Assembly: GCA_965223545.1 (NCBI GenBank)
Contig: OZ245006.1
Span: 7,136,001-7,200,000, forward strand
Direction of reading: 5' to 3'
Source: Planctomycetota bacterium
Lineage (GTDB): Bacteria; Planctomycetota; UBA1135; UBA2386
Length of the DNA: 64,000 nucleotides
Shown: in pieces, positions 31,280 to 44,112 of the stretch
Numbering within the stretch: position 1 is the stretch's first letter
Layout of the letters: each line of letters opens with the position of its first letter
The notes under the pieces: generated by a model
What the model saw: the letters and a program-made list of their open reading frames with translations, nothing else
What the model was told of the DNA's origin: nothing
The model's database searches: none
Translations under genes and position numbers: made by a program

Positions 31280-34233
31280 CTCACCATCAGCCGTTGTCTC
31301 AGGTAAGCGGTGGTGACGTCGCGGAAGGCGAACTTCAGCGCCACCAGGGACTCGTAGCCGACGCTCGCCGACATCACGTCGGCGGGGCCGGGATTGGCGT
31401 TGTGCAGCGAGGCATCGCCGTGCAGGCCGCGCGGGTTCTCACCCTCGGCGGTGAGGCCGACCGCGTGGCCGATCTCGTGCGCCAGGATGGTGCCGATGGC
31501 CACCGCCCAGTCGTCGATCGCCTGCATCACCGTCACGTAGCGCGCCAGCTCGGCGGGCGAGGCCGTCGCCGGGTCGAACCGGGTGGCCAGCACGATGGGG
31601 TCGAGCGGATGGCTTCCCGCCGGCACGCCACCCATCGCCGGTGCCAAGCCGATGAAACGGCGGCCGAACGTGGTCAAGTAGCTGGGCCACGACTGTTGGT
31701 GGATCCGGGCCTCGAACAGCGCCAGCTCGGCGGGGAACACGCCGAGTCCCGGCTTGGAGCCGATGTTGCGGTCGGTGCGGTTGCTGTTGCGGTGGTCGTA
31801 GTAGGCGCGGCCGAGCGTGCCCGAGCTCGGGTCGCCGAAGCCCCTGCCGACCACTCCCTCGGGGTCGAACCCGCCGCAGGCGATCTGTGCGAAAGGCACG
31901 CCGCGCGGCGGAGTCGACACCAGCCGCATGGGGATGGCGTCGGGGCCGATCGGATCGCCGTTCGCGGTCCTGCCGAGCAGCGCATGGACCTGAGCGATGA
32001 TCGCGTCCTGCATCAGCGCCACCATCGTCGCGTTGGTGCCACTCGGATCGCCGGCGGTGGCCAGGCCGAGCAGCAGCAGGTCGTCGAGCAGGTCGGGCAC
32101 GCCGTTTCGGTTGCGGTCCAGGTCGAACACCACGTGCACGACCTGAGGCAAGTCGAACGGCAGGCTGCCCGGCGTGGGTTCCTCGACGCGAATGCGCACG
32201 ACCGCGCCGATGCCGGGATTGCCCGCCAGGTCGGCCGCGGTGGCGGTGATCTGGTAGTCGCCCGGCGCGAGCGCCAGATGCGGCGGCATCGCGAACCGCA
32301 AGCCGGCGGGGTCGACGTCGGCTTCGGCGAAGATCGTCTCGGCCCCCGGTGCCGTGTGCGCGCCGCGGATCGTGACCACCACGCTGCCCGGGTCGAACGC
32401 GTTCTCGGGGTCGAAGGCCGCGACGTCGATGGTGAAGCCGTGTGGCGGGACCACCATGTCCTGCGTGCGGGCCGTCGCCGTGCCGTTCGTCGACAGCTCG
32501 ACCAACGGGGCGCGGAGGTCGGGCAGAGTGGCGGCGGTGAACGCGCGGAGCGCGTCGTCTTCGAGGGGTGTGCCGGCGCGGTCGGCGACGCCACGAGGCC
32601 CGCCGACGACGACGAAGGTGTACGGCTGTCCCGGCGACCAGCCGCCGCTGGGATGCAGGCGGACGACGCGGCCGTCGCGGTCCAAGGACAGGCTGCTGGG
32701 AACCGCAACCCCGTTGGCGTCGAGCGCCAAAACGCTGGTCGCCGTGACGGTGCTGGGCTCGACCGGGGCGTCGAAGATCGCGGCAAGGGTGCTGTTGGGG
32801 GGCACCGCCGTCCCTGCCGGCGCCAGGAGCACCGACAGCTGGCGGGGGCTTGCGTCGGTCTCGAAGTCGATCGGTGACGGGGCCGCCAACGGGTTGCCGG
32901 CGCGGTCGGTGACCGCGTCGTGGCCACCGGCGATCTGCACTTGCACGGTCGTGCTGGGTGGCAGCGGAGTGCGCGGTCGCAAGCGAAGCTCGCGCCCGCC
33001 GCGCTCGAGGCCGATGGCGGTATCGAGGCGACGCCCCTCCGCCCACAGCGACGCCGCGGTCGCGATCCGGTCGGGATCCAGGGGCTCGTCCAACTCGATG
33101 CGGATGCTGGCGGCGGGGGACACCGCGCGCTGACCGGGGGCGGGCCAGGTCGCCGCGATCGCCGGCGCCCGTACGTCGCTGCCCACGGTGAATCGCAGCT
33201 GCCGGCGCTGGCGCAGCAGGTTGCCGCTGAGGTCCCGCAGACTGTTCGGGCTACCGCCGACCAGGGTCAGGGTCTGGGTAGTGCCCACCGGCAGTGGAGT
33301 GATCGCCTGCAGGTGGACGTGGCGGCGGTCGCGGCTGGTCGCTGCGGTGAACGGCACCGCCGCGCCGCTAGCGTCGGTCCACTGCACGGCGTTCGGCGTC
33401 ACCGAGGTCGGATCGATCGACTCGTTGAACTCGAGTCTCAGGTCTGCCGTCGGTGAGATGAGCTCGTTGGTGTCGGGGCTGCTGCGGGTGAAGTGGGGTG
33501 GCGCGCGGTCGGGCGCGGTGGTGAACGACACGGAGAACTCCTGGCCGAGCCAGTTGCCGTGCCGATCCTGCACGCTGCCGGCGCGCAGCACGGCGCGGTG
33601 CGGCGTTCCGCCGGGGAGCTCGTACTCGGGCCGCAGTCGCAAGGTGTGGCCGGTGACGCGGGCGTCGGCGGCGATGCGCCCGCCGCTCTGGTCCTCGAAG
33701 AACGCCGTCGCGGTCGACGGAACGCCGGCCAAGGGTTCATCGAAGGTGATGACGAGCCACTGCCGGCGCGCGACGGCGGTGGCACCGGTCTGGATGCTCG
33801 CGCCGAGCACCACGGGACCGCGTTGATCGACGGTGCGGAACCGGATCTGCAGCGGTCGGTCCGCGATACGGCCGGCGCGGTCGGCGGTCAGCGGGGAGAG
33901 CTGGAACGTGTAGTCGGTCGCCGGGGCCAGCGCGCCCGATGGCCGGAACTCGATGGTCCTCGCCGTCGCCGTCGGCGCGATGGTGCCGGCGACCCGTTGT
34001 CTCTGCCCGTCGAACAAGCCGGTGCGCGGTGCGTCGAGCGAATCCGGGTGGACGTCGGCGTCGAGGGTGACGCGGATGGTCGCGTCGTACGGCACCTCGG
34101 TGGCTCCGTCCGCTGGCGACGCGGCGACCACGGTGAGAGTGGATGCGCCGCCGGGCGTGGCGCCGCCGCCACCCTGACCGCTGCAGCCAAGGACCGCGAG
34201 CAGCCCCAGCATCCCCCAGCGCGTTGTCTGCAT
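31276..34233 (-). CDS. Lipoprotein with about five bacterial Ig-like (Big_5-type) repeats and a C-terminal zincin domain
   Basis: Lipobox VLGC. Repeats of the form SP..GA..V...I.v.F.e.lD...DraGn.L...F.T. C-terminal AHEIGHAVGL...H...DVMS. Confidence 0.85.
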   Translation of the reverse strand: MQTTRWGMLGLLAVLGCSGQGGGGATPGGASTLTVVAASPADGATEVPYDATIRVTLDADVHPDSLDAPRTGLFDGQRQRVAGTIAPTATARTIEFRPSGALAPATDYTFQLSPLTADRAGRIADRPLQIRFRTVDQRGPVVLGASIQTGATAVARRQWLVITFDEPLAGVPSTATAFFEDQSGGRIAADARVTGHTLRLRPEYELPGGTPHRAVLRAGSVQDRHGNWLGQEFSVSFTTAPDRAPPHFTRSSPDTNELISPTADLRLEFNESIDPTSVTPNAVQWTDASGAAVPFTAATSRDRRHVHLQAITPLPVGTTQTLTLVGGSPNSLRDLSGNLLRQRRQLRFTVGSDVRAPAIAATWPAPGQRAVSPAASIRIELDEPLDPDRIATAASLWAEGRRLDTAIGLERGGRELRLRPRTPLPPSTTVQVQIAGGHDAVTDRAGNPLAAPSPIDFETDASPRQLSVLLAPAGTAVPPNSTLAAIFDAPVEPSTVTATSVLALDANGVAVPSSLSLDRDGRVVRLHPSGGWSPGQPYTFVVVGGPRGVADRAGTPLEDDALRAFTAATLPDLRAPLVELSTNGTATARTQDMVVPPHGFTIDVAAFDPENAFDPGSVVVTIRGAHTAPGAETIFAEADVDPAGLRFAMPPHLALAPGDYQITATAADLAGNPGIGAVVRIRVEEPTPGSLPFDLPQVVHVVFDLDRNRNGVPDLLDDLLLLGLATAGDPSGTNATMVALMQDAIIAQVHALLGRTANGDPIGPDAIPMRLVSTPPRGVPFAQIACGGFDPEGVVGRGFGDPSSGTLGRAYYDHRNSNRTDRNIGSKPGLGVFPAELALFEARIHQQSWPSYLTTFGRRFIGLAPAMGGVPAGSHPLDPIVLATRFDPATASPAELARYVTVMQAIDDWAVAIGTILAHEIGHAVGLTAEGENPRGLHGDASLHNANPGPADVMSASVGYESLVALKFAFRDVTTAYLRQRLMVR

Positions 34234-34662
34234 CCCCGATGTCCCTCCGTGGTGACCGGACGCCTTCGTCCGGCGGAGTGGCATCGGCCATCAGTGCGTG
34301 GGAAAAAGAGTGCACTTGCGCCTGGGGATGTACGCTTCCCTGTCATGGGCGGATTCGGTGCGCGGTACGAGGTGTGGAAACTCCGCACACTTGCGAAAGT
34401 CGTGGTCTACCGGCCCTGCAAGAGCGCCCAACTCCTCGAGGCCGGAGGTTGGCGCGTGGTCCTGCCATGCGGGGAGGTGGCGCGTCGCGTGTGGAGGAGC
34501 CTGGTAGGCTTGTCGGGCGCAGTGCGCAGCGGAGACGTAGGCCATGGGGCATCGAGAAGGCAGGGGCACTTAGGCCGAGGTCCGTCAGCTGCGCCAACTT
34601 CCAAGCCGCTCCGGCAAAAGCGGCATCCGAGTTGGTTGCGGCCGTGGCTGCGCTGAGCCCGC

Positions 34663-35484
34663 CTACTTCTCCGAACGCTTGGGCAACTCTGGCCAGATCC
34701 TCGCCGCTTCAAGAATGACTGGCTCGCTCGCCCAACTGGGAATTCCAGCAACAAAGCTCTGTACTTCGGGCGAGGCACGATACTTTCGCATTGCCAGCAA
34801 AGCGCGCAAGCGTCTCCCTCCGTCCCAAGGCTGCTGCACGATCTCCATCAGAAGGGCTTCACCCCTGTGCAAGCCATCTGTTTGCGAAACGACAGCAATA
34901 ATCCTGTCGCAAAGCGGCCCCAAAGCCCGCTCATCAGCGGGGGAGGCCGCAACGCCAAGCATGAGGCCGTGCAGCTCCGCATCATGGGCAAAGCCGAAGC
35001 GAGATGGGAATCTTCGCAACATCTCCAAAGACTCGGCGCGCACCTTGGGAGGTTGCTCGTTATCAAAGAGTAGGTCTCGGTAGCGCTGCCAAGCATGGCG
35101 CGCCACCATATCGGAAACCTCCAAGACATCATCTCCCGATTCGACCCCACGGAGCAGACTCTCAACTCTGTCGAGCCGTTGTTTCAACTCCTGCCATACA
35201 CCACCGTCTGGGGCGGCAGCGGGGCCAGAGTCTGAATCGTCAGCCGGAGCCGAGGCATTACCGCGCAAGATAGAAGGTGTCTGCGAAGAAGTCTTGTCGC
35301 GCAGTCTGCGTACCTGCCGCTCCAGCTCATCGATATCGAATTTGATTCGAGCCACAAGTGCGTCGGATACCGCCGCGCCATCTCGAACGTCCCTCATTTT
35401 GCGGTTGGCTATGACACACATGACTACAGCACTCATGCTGAGTGCAAGAGAGAGCGTTCCGACCAACCCGGATCTATCGGCCAT
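34663..35484 (-). CDS. Low-GC hypothetical protein: N-terminal TM, coiled coil, helical repeats
   Basis: 273-aa ORF in a lower-GC segment, overlapping the upstream gene by 11 bp. Confidence 0.6.
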   Translation of the reverse strand: MADRSGLVGTLSLALSMSAVVMCVIANRKMRDVRDGAAVSDALVARIKFDIDELERQVRRLRDKTSSQTPSILRGNASAPADDSDSGPAAAPDGGVWQELKQRLDRVESLLRGVESGDDVLEVSDMVARHAWQRYRDLLFDNEQPPKVRAESLEMLRRFPSRFGFAHDAELHGLMLGVAASPADERALGPLCDRIIAVVSQTDGLHRGEALLMEIVQQPWDGGRRLRALLAMRKYRASPEVQSFVAGIPSWASEPVILEAARIWPELPKRSEK

Positions 35485-36271
35485 TGCCTCTGTTTTTCAC
35501 GATGTCCTGAGCCATGGCTCGGACACGCTGCGATTCATCTTCGATCATCATTCTGCGGCACTCTCCCAGGAACGCTGGTAACCAAGCATCACCTTCGTTG
35601 CCACGCCGCTCCAGGGCCTCGAGTACACATTTCCGGACTGCCGCGTCGGGATGGCGCAACAGAACAGTTGATGCACCGAGCATGTCCACATCCAGCTCCA
35701 TGCCCAGCATAGAGATCGCAATATGGCGTGCCACGAGCTCATCTCCTGACTGCAGGAAGACATCCTCGATCCATTGCTCTTTCACGGCTCGCCCTAAGTC
35801 GGGGATGGTTGCCCCGATCTCACCCAGAAAGCGGTAGGCTTGCGCGCGGTCCAGAGGCGGTGCCTCCGGATTCACGATCACCGCCTTTGCTTTAGCCAAA
35901 GTTGCTTCGCGAACGACGACGTGCTGAACATCCACCAAGTCCTCAAGCGCTAGGGCAATGATTGCACGCGCCTCCAAGCTCGCGACCCTCGAGCGAATCA
36001 ACGCGACCCTGCGCGGGTCCGCTTCCTGATGTACCGATAGCATGCGCGTCGCGGAAGCTCGCAGCTGGTCTCTCTCGCTCGAGTGCCGGACTGCTCTTGT
36101 TTCGTGAAGCGCTGCCAGTGCGCGATCAGAAAGGGCTCGTAGCGAGCGGGCACTGGCGAACTCGCCCTGTGGCCCTGGACGAACGTGCAGGTCCCACAAT
36201 GTCGCCGAGCAGAATGTAACAGCCGCCAATGAGGCTGCGGCTGTAAAGACTCTGTAGACCAATGTCGCCAT
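35474..36271 (-). CDS. Low-GC hypothetical protein: N-terminal TM and HEAT-like repeats
   Basis: LLRHPDAAVRKCVLEAL and DESQRVRAMA are HEAT-like; 265 aa. Confidence 0.6.
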   Translation of the reverse strand: MATLVYRVFTAAASLAAVTFCSATLWDLHVRPGPQGEFASARSLRALSDRALAALHETRAVRHSSERDQLRASATRMLSVHQEADPRRVALIRSRVASLEARAIIALALEDLVDVQHVVVREATLAKAKAVIVNPEAPPLDRAQAYRFLGEIGATIPDLGRAVKEQWIEDVFLQSGDELVARHIAISMLGMELDVDMLGASTVLLRHPDAAVRKCVLEALERRGNEGDAWLPAFLGECRRMMIEDESQRVRAMAQDIVKNRGNGR

Positions 36272-36436
36272 GGAAGCATGACTTGCGGTACCGCAGGACA
36301 GGGCAAAGCAGAAGCTTGGGACACCGCCTCGCTACGCCGGACCCGGGATGCCGGTCGTTCAGGACGAGGCCGCGCTGGTCGAAGGGGGTCGTGGCAGCGG
36401 AACGCCGGCGTCCTGCGCCGGCGATCGAGCAGGCCG

Positions 36437-37288
36437 TCAGCCGCCGTCGCGATAGCGCTGCACGACCTCCTTGAATCGTGGCAGCGCACGCAGCGCATCC
36501 AAGTCGCGGTCGCTGTCGAGCATCTCGTCGGTGACCGAGTCGGTCCGCTTGCGCAGGGCTCGCTCCAGGGCGGCCAGCGCCTCTTCGGTCGCGCCGGCGC
36601 GGGCCAGGAAGCACGCGCGGTTGTAGTGCAGGGCGGCGGCGGGCAGCTCGGTGATCTTGGCCTTCTCGACGATCGTCGCCACCTCGGCGTAGTGGTCGGC
36701 GGCCTTGCGGTACTCGGCGGTGGCGTAGCGGATGTCGGCAGCCTCGAGGTGGGCGGAGACCTTCTGTCGCGGCGAGCCCGTCTTGATCGTCGCCCGCAGC
36801 TTTTCGAGTTTGGTCTCCAGCCGCTTCTTGTCGCCGAACCCGTACAGCGCGTAGACGGCCGCATTGCGGGTGTCTATGGGCGAAGTGTCGGCATCGGCGA
36901 TGGTGCGGAGCAGCGTCATCGTCTCGGCGGGCGCCTCGCCAGGGTGCAGGTCGCGGAGTGCGTGGATGGCCCCTTGGCGTGCGGCGTCGGTGTAGCTGGC
37001 GAGCGCGTCGGGTGCCTTCGTCGCCCAACCGTGCAGGATGGGGACGAGATCGTCGGCGCGTTTGCGCAGACTCTCGTATTGACCGGGGTAGGTGACGCCG
37101 ACCTTCAGGCGCTGCAAGAACAGCTTCTCGAGTGCGGTTTCGAGCTGCGCATCGGGCGCGGTCAACACCGCGGTCAGCAGTGGGTCGGCCGCCTCTTGGC
37201 CACGGGCCAGCGGGGCAAATGTCGACACCGAGAGGGCGACGACGAGCAAGGGGTGCCGTCGGCCGAACAGAGCGCACGCGTTGTACAT
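36437..37288 (-). CDS. Secreted HEAT/TPR protein with a C-terminal TPR-end motif
   Basis: Signal peptide ending ARG|Q; HYNRACFLARAG...ALAALERAL...DRDLDALRALPRF. Confidence 0.8.
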   Translation of the reverse strand: MYNACALFGRRHPLLVVALSVSTFAPLARGQEAADPLLTAVLTAPDAQLETALEKLFLQRLKVGVTYPGQYESLRKRADDLVPILHGWATKAPDALASYTDAARQGAIHALRDLHPGEAPAETMTLLRTIADADTSPIDTRNAAVYALYGFGDKKRLETKLEKLRATIKTGSPRQKVSAHLEAADIRYATAEYRKAADHYAEVATIVEKAKITELPAAALHYNRACFLARAGATEEALAALERALRKRTDSVTDEMLDSDRDLDALRALPRFKEVVQRYRDGG

Positions 37289-37352
37289 GCGCCGATCATA
37301 CGGCCAAGGCGCCGCCGGCGGGGCCGCGCCCGCCGGCGATCCGGCCCCGCTG

Positions 37353-40997
<3,645 letters not shown>

Positions 40998-41259
40998 GAA
41001 TCCTCCTCCTGATGGGGCTCGTGGGTCACTGGAGCCACGAGCACTGGGGACGCCGGCGCCCGGAGAGCGCATGGGTTCCCACGGCCGACGAAGGACCGCA
41101 GGCTGTTCGCCTTCGAAGATCGCGCCATGCCACCCGCTCCCGGGACCGCCGCCCGTGACCGACCGAATCTACCTGGACCCGCGGGTGCGGGCCCGACACC
41201 GGATCGAAGCACGTCCGCTCGCAAGAGGGCTGTCGAGCTGAGGGCTGTGCTCCGACAGA

Positions 41260-41307
41260 ACGCTATCTATTGTATGGCCGCCCCCGCTGCAATCCCAGGT
41301 GTTGAGA
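41260..41307. promoter_or_regulatory. Tandem NrdR-box-like operators upstream of nrdJ
   Basis: ACGCTATCTATTGTAT (41260-41275) and ATCCCAGGTGTTGAGA (41292-41307) keep the C-x-A-x-x-T-x-T-x-G pattern of the acaCwAtATaTwGtgt consensus. They start 32 bp apart. Confidence 0.7.
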
Positions 41308-41484
41308 AATCCCCTTGGCGTGGAGGGCACCGGCGCGCCAGCGCCCTAGCCATGCGGGATCCCGCCGAGTCGGGCGTCGTGCCAAAAAATCGCGACGCCG
41401 GAGCGCCCGCGACGCGGGCGCCGGTGGGGGGTGCCGGGGGGTCGCCCTTGCCTCGGTGTCGCGGTTGCGCTTCTCTCTTCGCCC

Positions 41485-42864
41485 ATGCCGGTCATGGGTG
41501 GGTGGCGGCGCGCGCTCGGCTGCGTCGCGGTGGTTTTGTCGGCACCGGGGCCGGCGACGGCCTCTCAGCAGGCGCTGCAGGAGGCCCTGGCCCGCGCGGC
41601 GGCGCTCGACGTGCGCTGTGGTGTTGCGGTGATCGCCGCCGACGGTGCGCCGCTGTTCGTGCACCGGGCCGACGAGCTGTTCATCCCGGCGAGCAACCAG
41701 AAGGTACTGACCGCCGCCGGCGCCCTGCACGCGCTCGGAGTCGACTACGAGTTCGAGACCGGGTTCGAGCTGGCCGGCGGCGTGCTGCGCGTGACCGCCG
41801 GCGGCGACCCGAACTTGGAATCGGGGTCGGCCCACGATGGGCGGCGGACGTTCACCGCCGTCGCGCGCCGGCTGCGCGAGCTCGGCGTGTCCTCGCTGGA
41901 CGGCGTCGCGCTCGACCGCGGCGTCTTCGTCGGTCCGGCGCGCCCGCGCGGTTGGCCCACCGACCAGCTGCACCGCCCCTACTGCGCGCCCACCGCGGGC
42001 CTGGCGCTCGACCGCGGCTGTTTCGAGGTCTGGGGTTCGGTCCGCGATGGCGCGGCCCGCCTCGAGGTGATCGCGCCGGTCGGCGTGCCGTTGATCGATC
42101 GCGTCACCGTCAGTCGGCGGCGCGCCACGTTCGGCGTGCACGAGCGCGATGGCGCGTTGGTCGCGGGCGGGAGGTTGCAGCCGGGGAAGGATGCGCGCAA
42201 GGTCGCCGGTAGCGTGGCCGACCCCGAGGCGGTCTTCGGTCGTGTGCTGCGTCGCGCGCTGCGCGACGGCGGGATCCGGGTGGGGGACGCCACCGTGGCT
42301 CCGGCGGGGGCGCCAGTCTCGGTGGTCGCCCTGCATCGTTCGCCGCTGCGGGCCGCGCTGCAGCCGATGCTGCACGACTCGAGCAACTTCCACGCCGAGC
42401 AGGTGCTGCGCACGATGGGCGCGGTGCGTGAAGGCGAGGGGAGCTTCGCCGCGGGCGGGCGCGCGCTGGGTGCCGCGCTGGCGGAGCTCGCCGGCCGACT
42501 GCCGGCCGGTGCGGTGATCGCGGACGGCTCGGGGCTGTCGCGCGACAACCGGGTTTCGCCGCGGTGGCTGGCGTCGGTGTTGGTGGCGGCCATGCGCGCG
42601 CCGCTGGGCCGGGTGCTGCACGGCGCCCTGCCCCGGCCGGGCGAGGGCTCGCTGCGGCGCCGGTTCGCGGGTTCGCCGGTGCGCGCCGAGGTGTCGGCCA
42701 AGACCGGGTGGATCGCGGGTGCCTCTTCGCTCTCGGGATGGGTGCGCGGCCGCGCCTTCGCCATCCTGATGAACTACGATCCCGCGGTGGCCGGCCTCAA
42801 CAAGGACCTCAAGCGGCTGCAGGAGCAGATCGTCGAGGCCGCGGCGGAGCTGTCGCTGCCGTGA
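41485..42864 (+). CDS. dacB: D-alanyl-D-alanine carboxypeptidase/endopeptidase (PBP4, peptidase S13)
   Basis: PASNQK (SxxK), GGDP, SSNFHAE (SxN), DGSGLSR, AKTG. Start uncertain (41431-41494). Confidence 0.9.
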   Translation: MPVMGGWRRALGCVAVVLSAPGPATASQQALQEALARAAALDVRCGVAVIAADGAPLFVHRADELFIPASNQKVLTAAGALHALGVDYEFETGFELAGGVLRVTAGGDPNLESGSAHDGRRTFTAVARRLRELGVSSLDGVALDRGVFVGPARPRGWPTDQLHRPYCAPTAGLALDRGCFEVWGSVRDGAARLEVIAPVGVPLIDRVTVSRRRATFGVHERDGALVAGGRLQPGKDARKVAGSVADPEAVFGRVLRRALRDGGIRVGDATVAPAGAPVSVVALHRSPLRAALQPMLHDSSNFHAEQVLRTMGAVREGEGSFAAGGRALGAALAELAGRLPAGAVIADGSGLSRDNRVSPRWLASVLVAAMRAPLGRVLHGALPRPGEGSLRRRFAGSPVRAEVSAKTGWIAGASSLSGWVRGRAFAILMNYDPAVAGLNKDLKRLQEQIVEAAAELSLP

Positions 42865-43688
42865 CGCGAGCGAGTGATGAGTCGCCGCGGACGCTACGGG
42901 AGACCGCGGAGGTGCTGGCGCGGCGGGCCGGGGTCCTGTTGTTGGCGCGCCAGACCGAGCTCGGCGAGCGCGGCGTCGAGCACAAGAGCGACCGCGAGCT
43001 GGTCACCGCGGCCGATCGGGAGGCCGAGCGTCTCTTGGTGCGCGGCTTGCGCGAGGCGTACCCCGAGCACGCGATCTGCGCCGAGGAGGGGGTGCTCACC
43101 CCGGCCGGTCGCGCCGATCGGGACGCCGCGTGGCTGTGGCACATCGACCCCATCGACGGCACCGCCAACTTCGTCCGCGGGTTGCCGTTCTACTGCGTGG
43201 CGCTGTCGGCGAGCCTGCGCGGCGAGCTGATCGCCGCCGTGGTGCACGCGCCCGCTCTGCGGCAGACCTACACCGCGGAGTGCGACGGTGAGGCGCGGTG
43301 TGACGGACGCCGGCTGCAGGTCTCGCCGCGGACCGAGTTGCGCCAGGCGTTGCTGGCCACCGGCTTCAGCTACCACCGCGATCGCGAGGGGTTCGACGAC
43401 AACGCCGACCGGGTGCGCCGGGTGTTGCCGCAGTGCAGTGATCTGCGCCGGTTGGGCTCGGCCCAACTCGACCTTTGCCTGACGGCCGCGGGCGTCTTGG
43501 ATGGCTACTGGGAGCTGCACCTGCAGCCCTACGACCTGGCGGCGGGGGCGCTCATCGTCCGCCGCGCCGGCGGGCGCGTGACCGACCTCCGCGGCGGCGA
43601 CGACTGGTTGGCGACCGGCCACGTGCTGGCCAGCAACGGCCATCTGCACGGCGCGCTGCTCGAGATCGTCGGCGACGCGAAGTCCTGA
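42861..43688 (+). CDS. suhB: Inositol monophosphatase family protein
   Basis: LVTAADREAE, WHIDPIDGTANF, RRLGSAQLDL, PYDLAAG. GTG overlaps the dacB stop. Confidence 0.9.
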   Translation: MTRASDESPRTLRETAEVLARRAGVLLLARQTELGERGVEHKSDRELVTAADREAERLLVRGLREAYPEHAICAEEGVLTPAGRADRDAAWLWHIDPIDGTANFVRGLPFYCVALSASLRGELIAAVVHAPALRQTYTAECDGEARCDGRRLQVSPRTELRQALLATGFSYHRDREGFDDNADRVRRVLPQCSDLRRLGSAQLDLCLTAAGVLDGYWELHLQPYDLAAGALIVRRAGGRVTDLRGGDDWLATGHVLASNGHLHGALLEIVGDAKS

Positions 43689-43723
43689 TCCACTCGACCC
43701 CTTCAGGAGGGTCGCGCCAAAGA

Positions 43724-43753
43724 GGGCCGGCTCAGAGTGGGCCGGCTCAGAGT
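43724..43753 (+). repeat. 15-bp tandem direct repeat (2 copies)
   Basis: GGGCCGGCTCAGAGT x2 in the intergenic region after suhB. Confidence 0.85.
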
Positions 43754-43917
43754 GGCGTCGCTTCGAGTTGCGCGTTGCGCAGGTTCAGCGTGTGAGTGCC
43801 AAGCGGGCTTGGCGAGTGCAGCGAAAAAGTGCCGGGGGGGAAAGAATTCGGGAAAAGGGGAAGAAGGAGAGTCAAGTGTTGTTCTTTTACGTCCGTGGCG
43901 GACAACCCCCGGCGTTG

Positions 43918-43933
43918 TACCCATATGTTGTGG
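43918..43933. promoter_or_regulatory. Orphan NrdR-box-like motif
   Basis: TACCCATATGTTGTGG is a close match to the NrdR consensus, but it lies between convergent genes. Confidence 0.4.
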
Positions 43934-44112
43934 CGCGAGGCGCCATCGGAGCGGGAAGGGGTGGTTGTGGTGGAGGGCGCTGCAGCCCCCCGCACACGCT
44001 GAAGGTTACCCTTCGATCGCTGGTTCTGCAAAGCCCGGGCGCAGAATGTTGAGCACCGAATTCGGCTGGTCGGCGCCCGCGGCGGTGGGGCCAAGGCGTT
44101 CTTCCGCGGACA

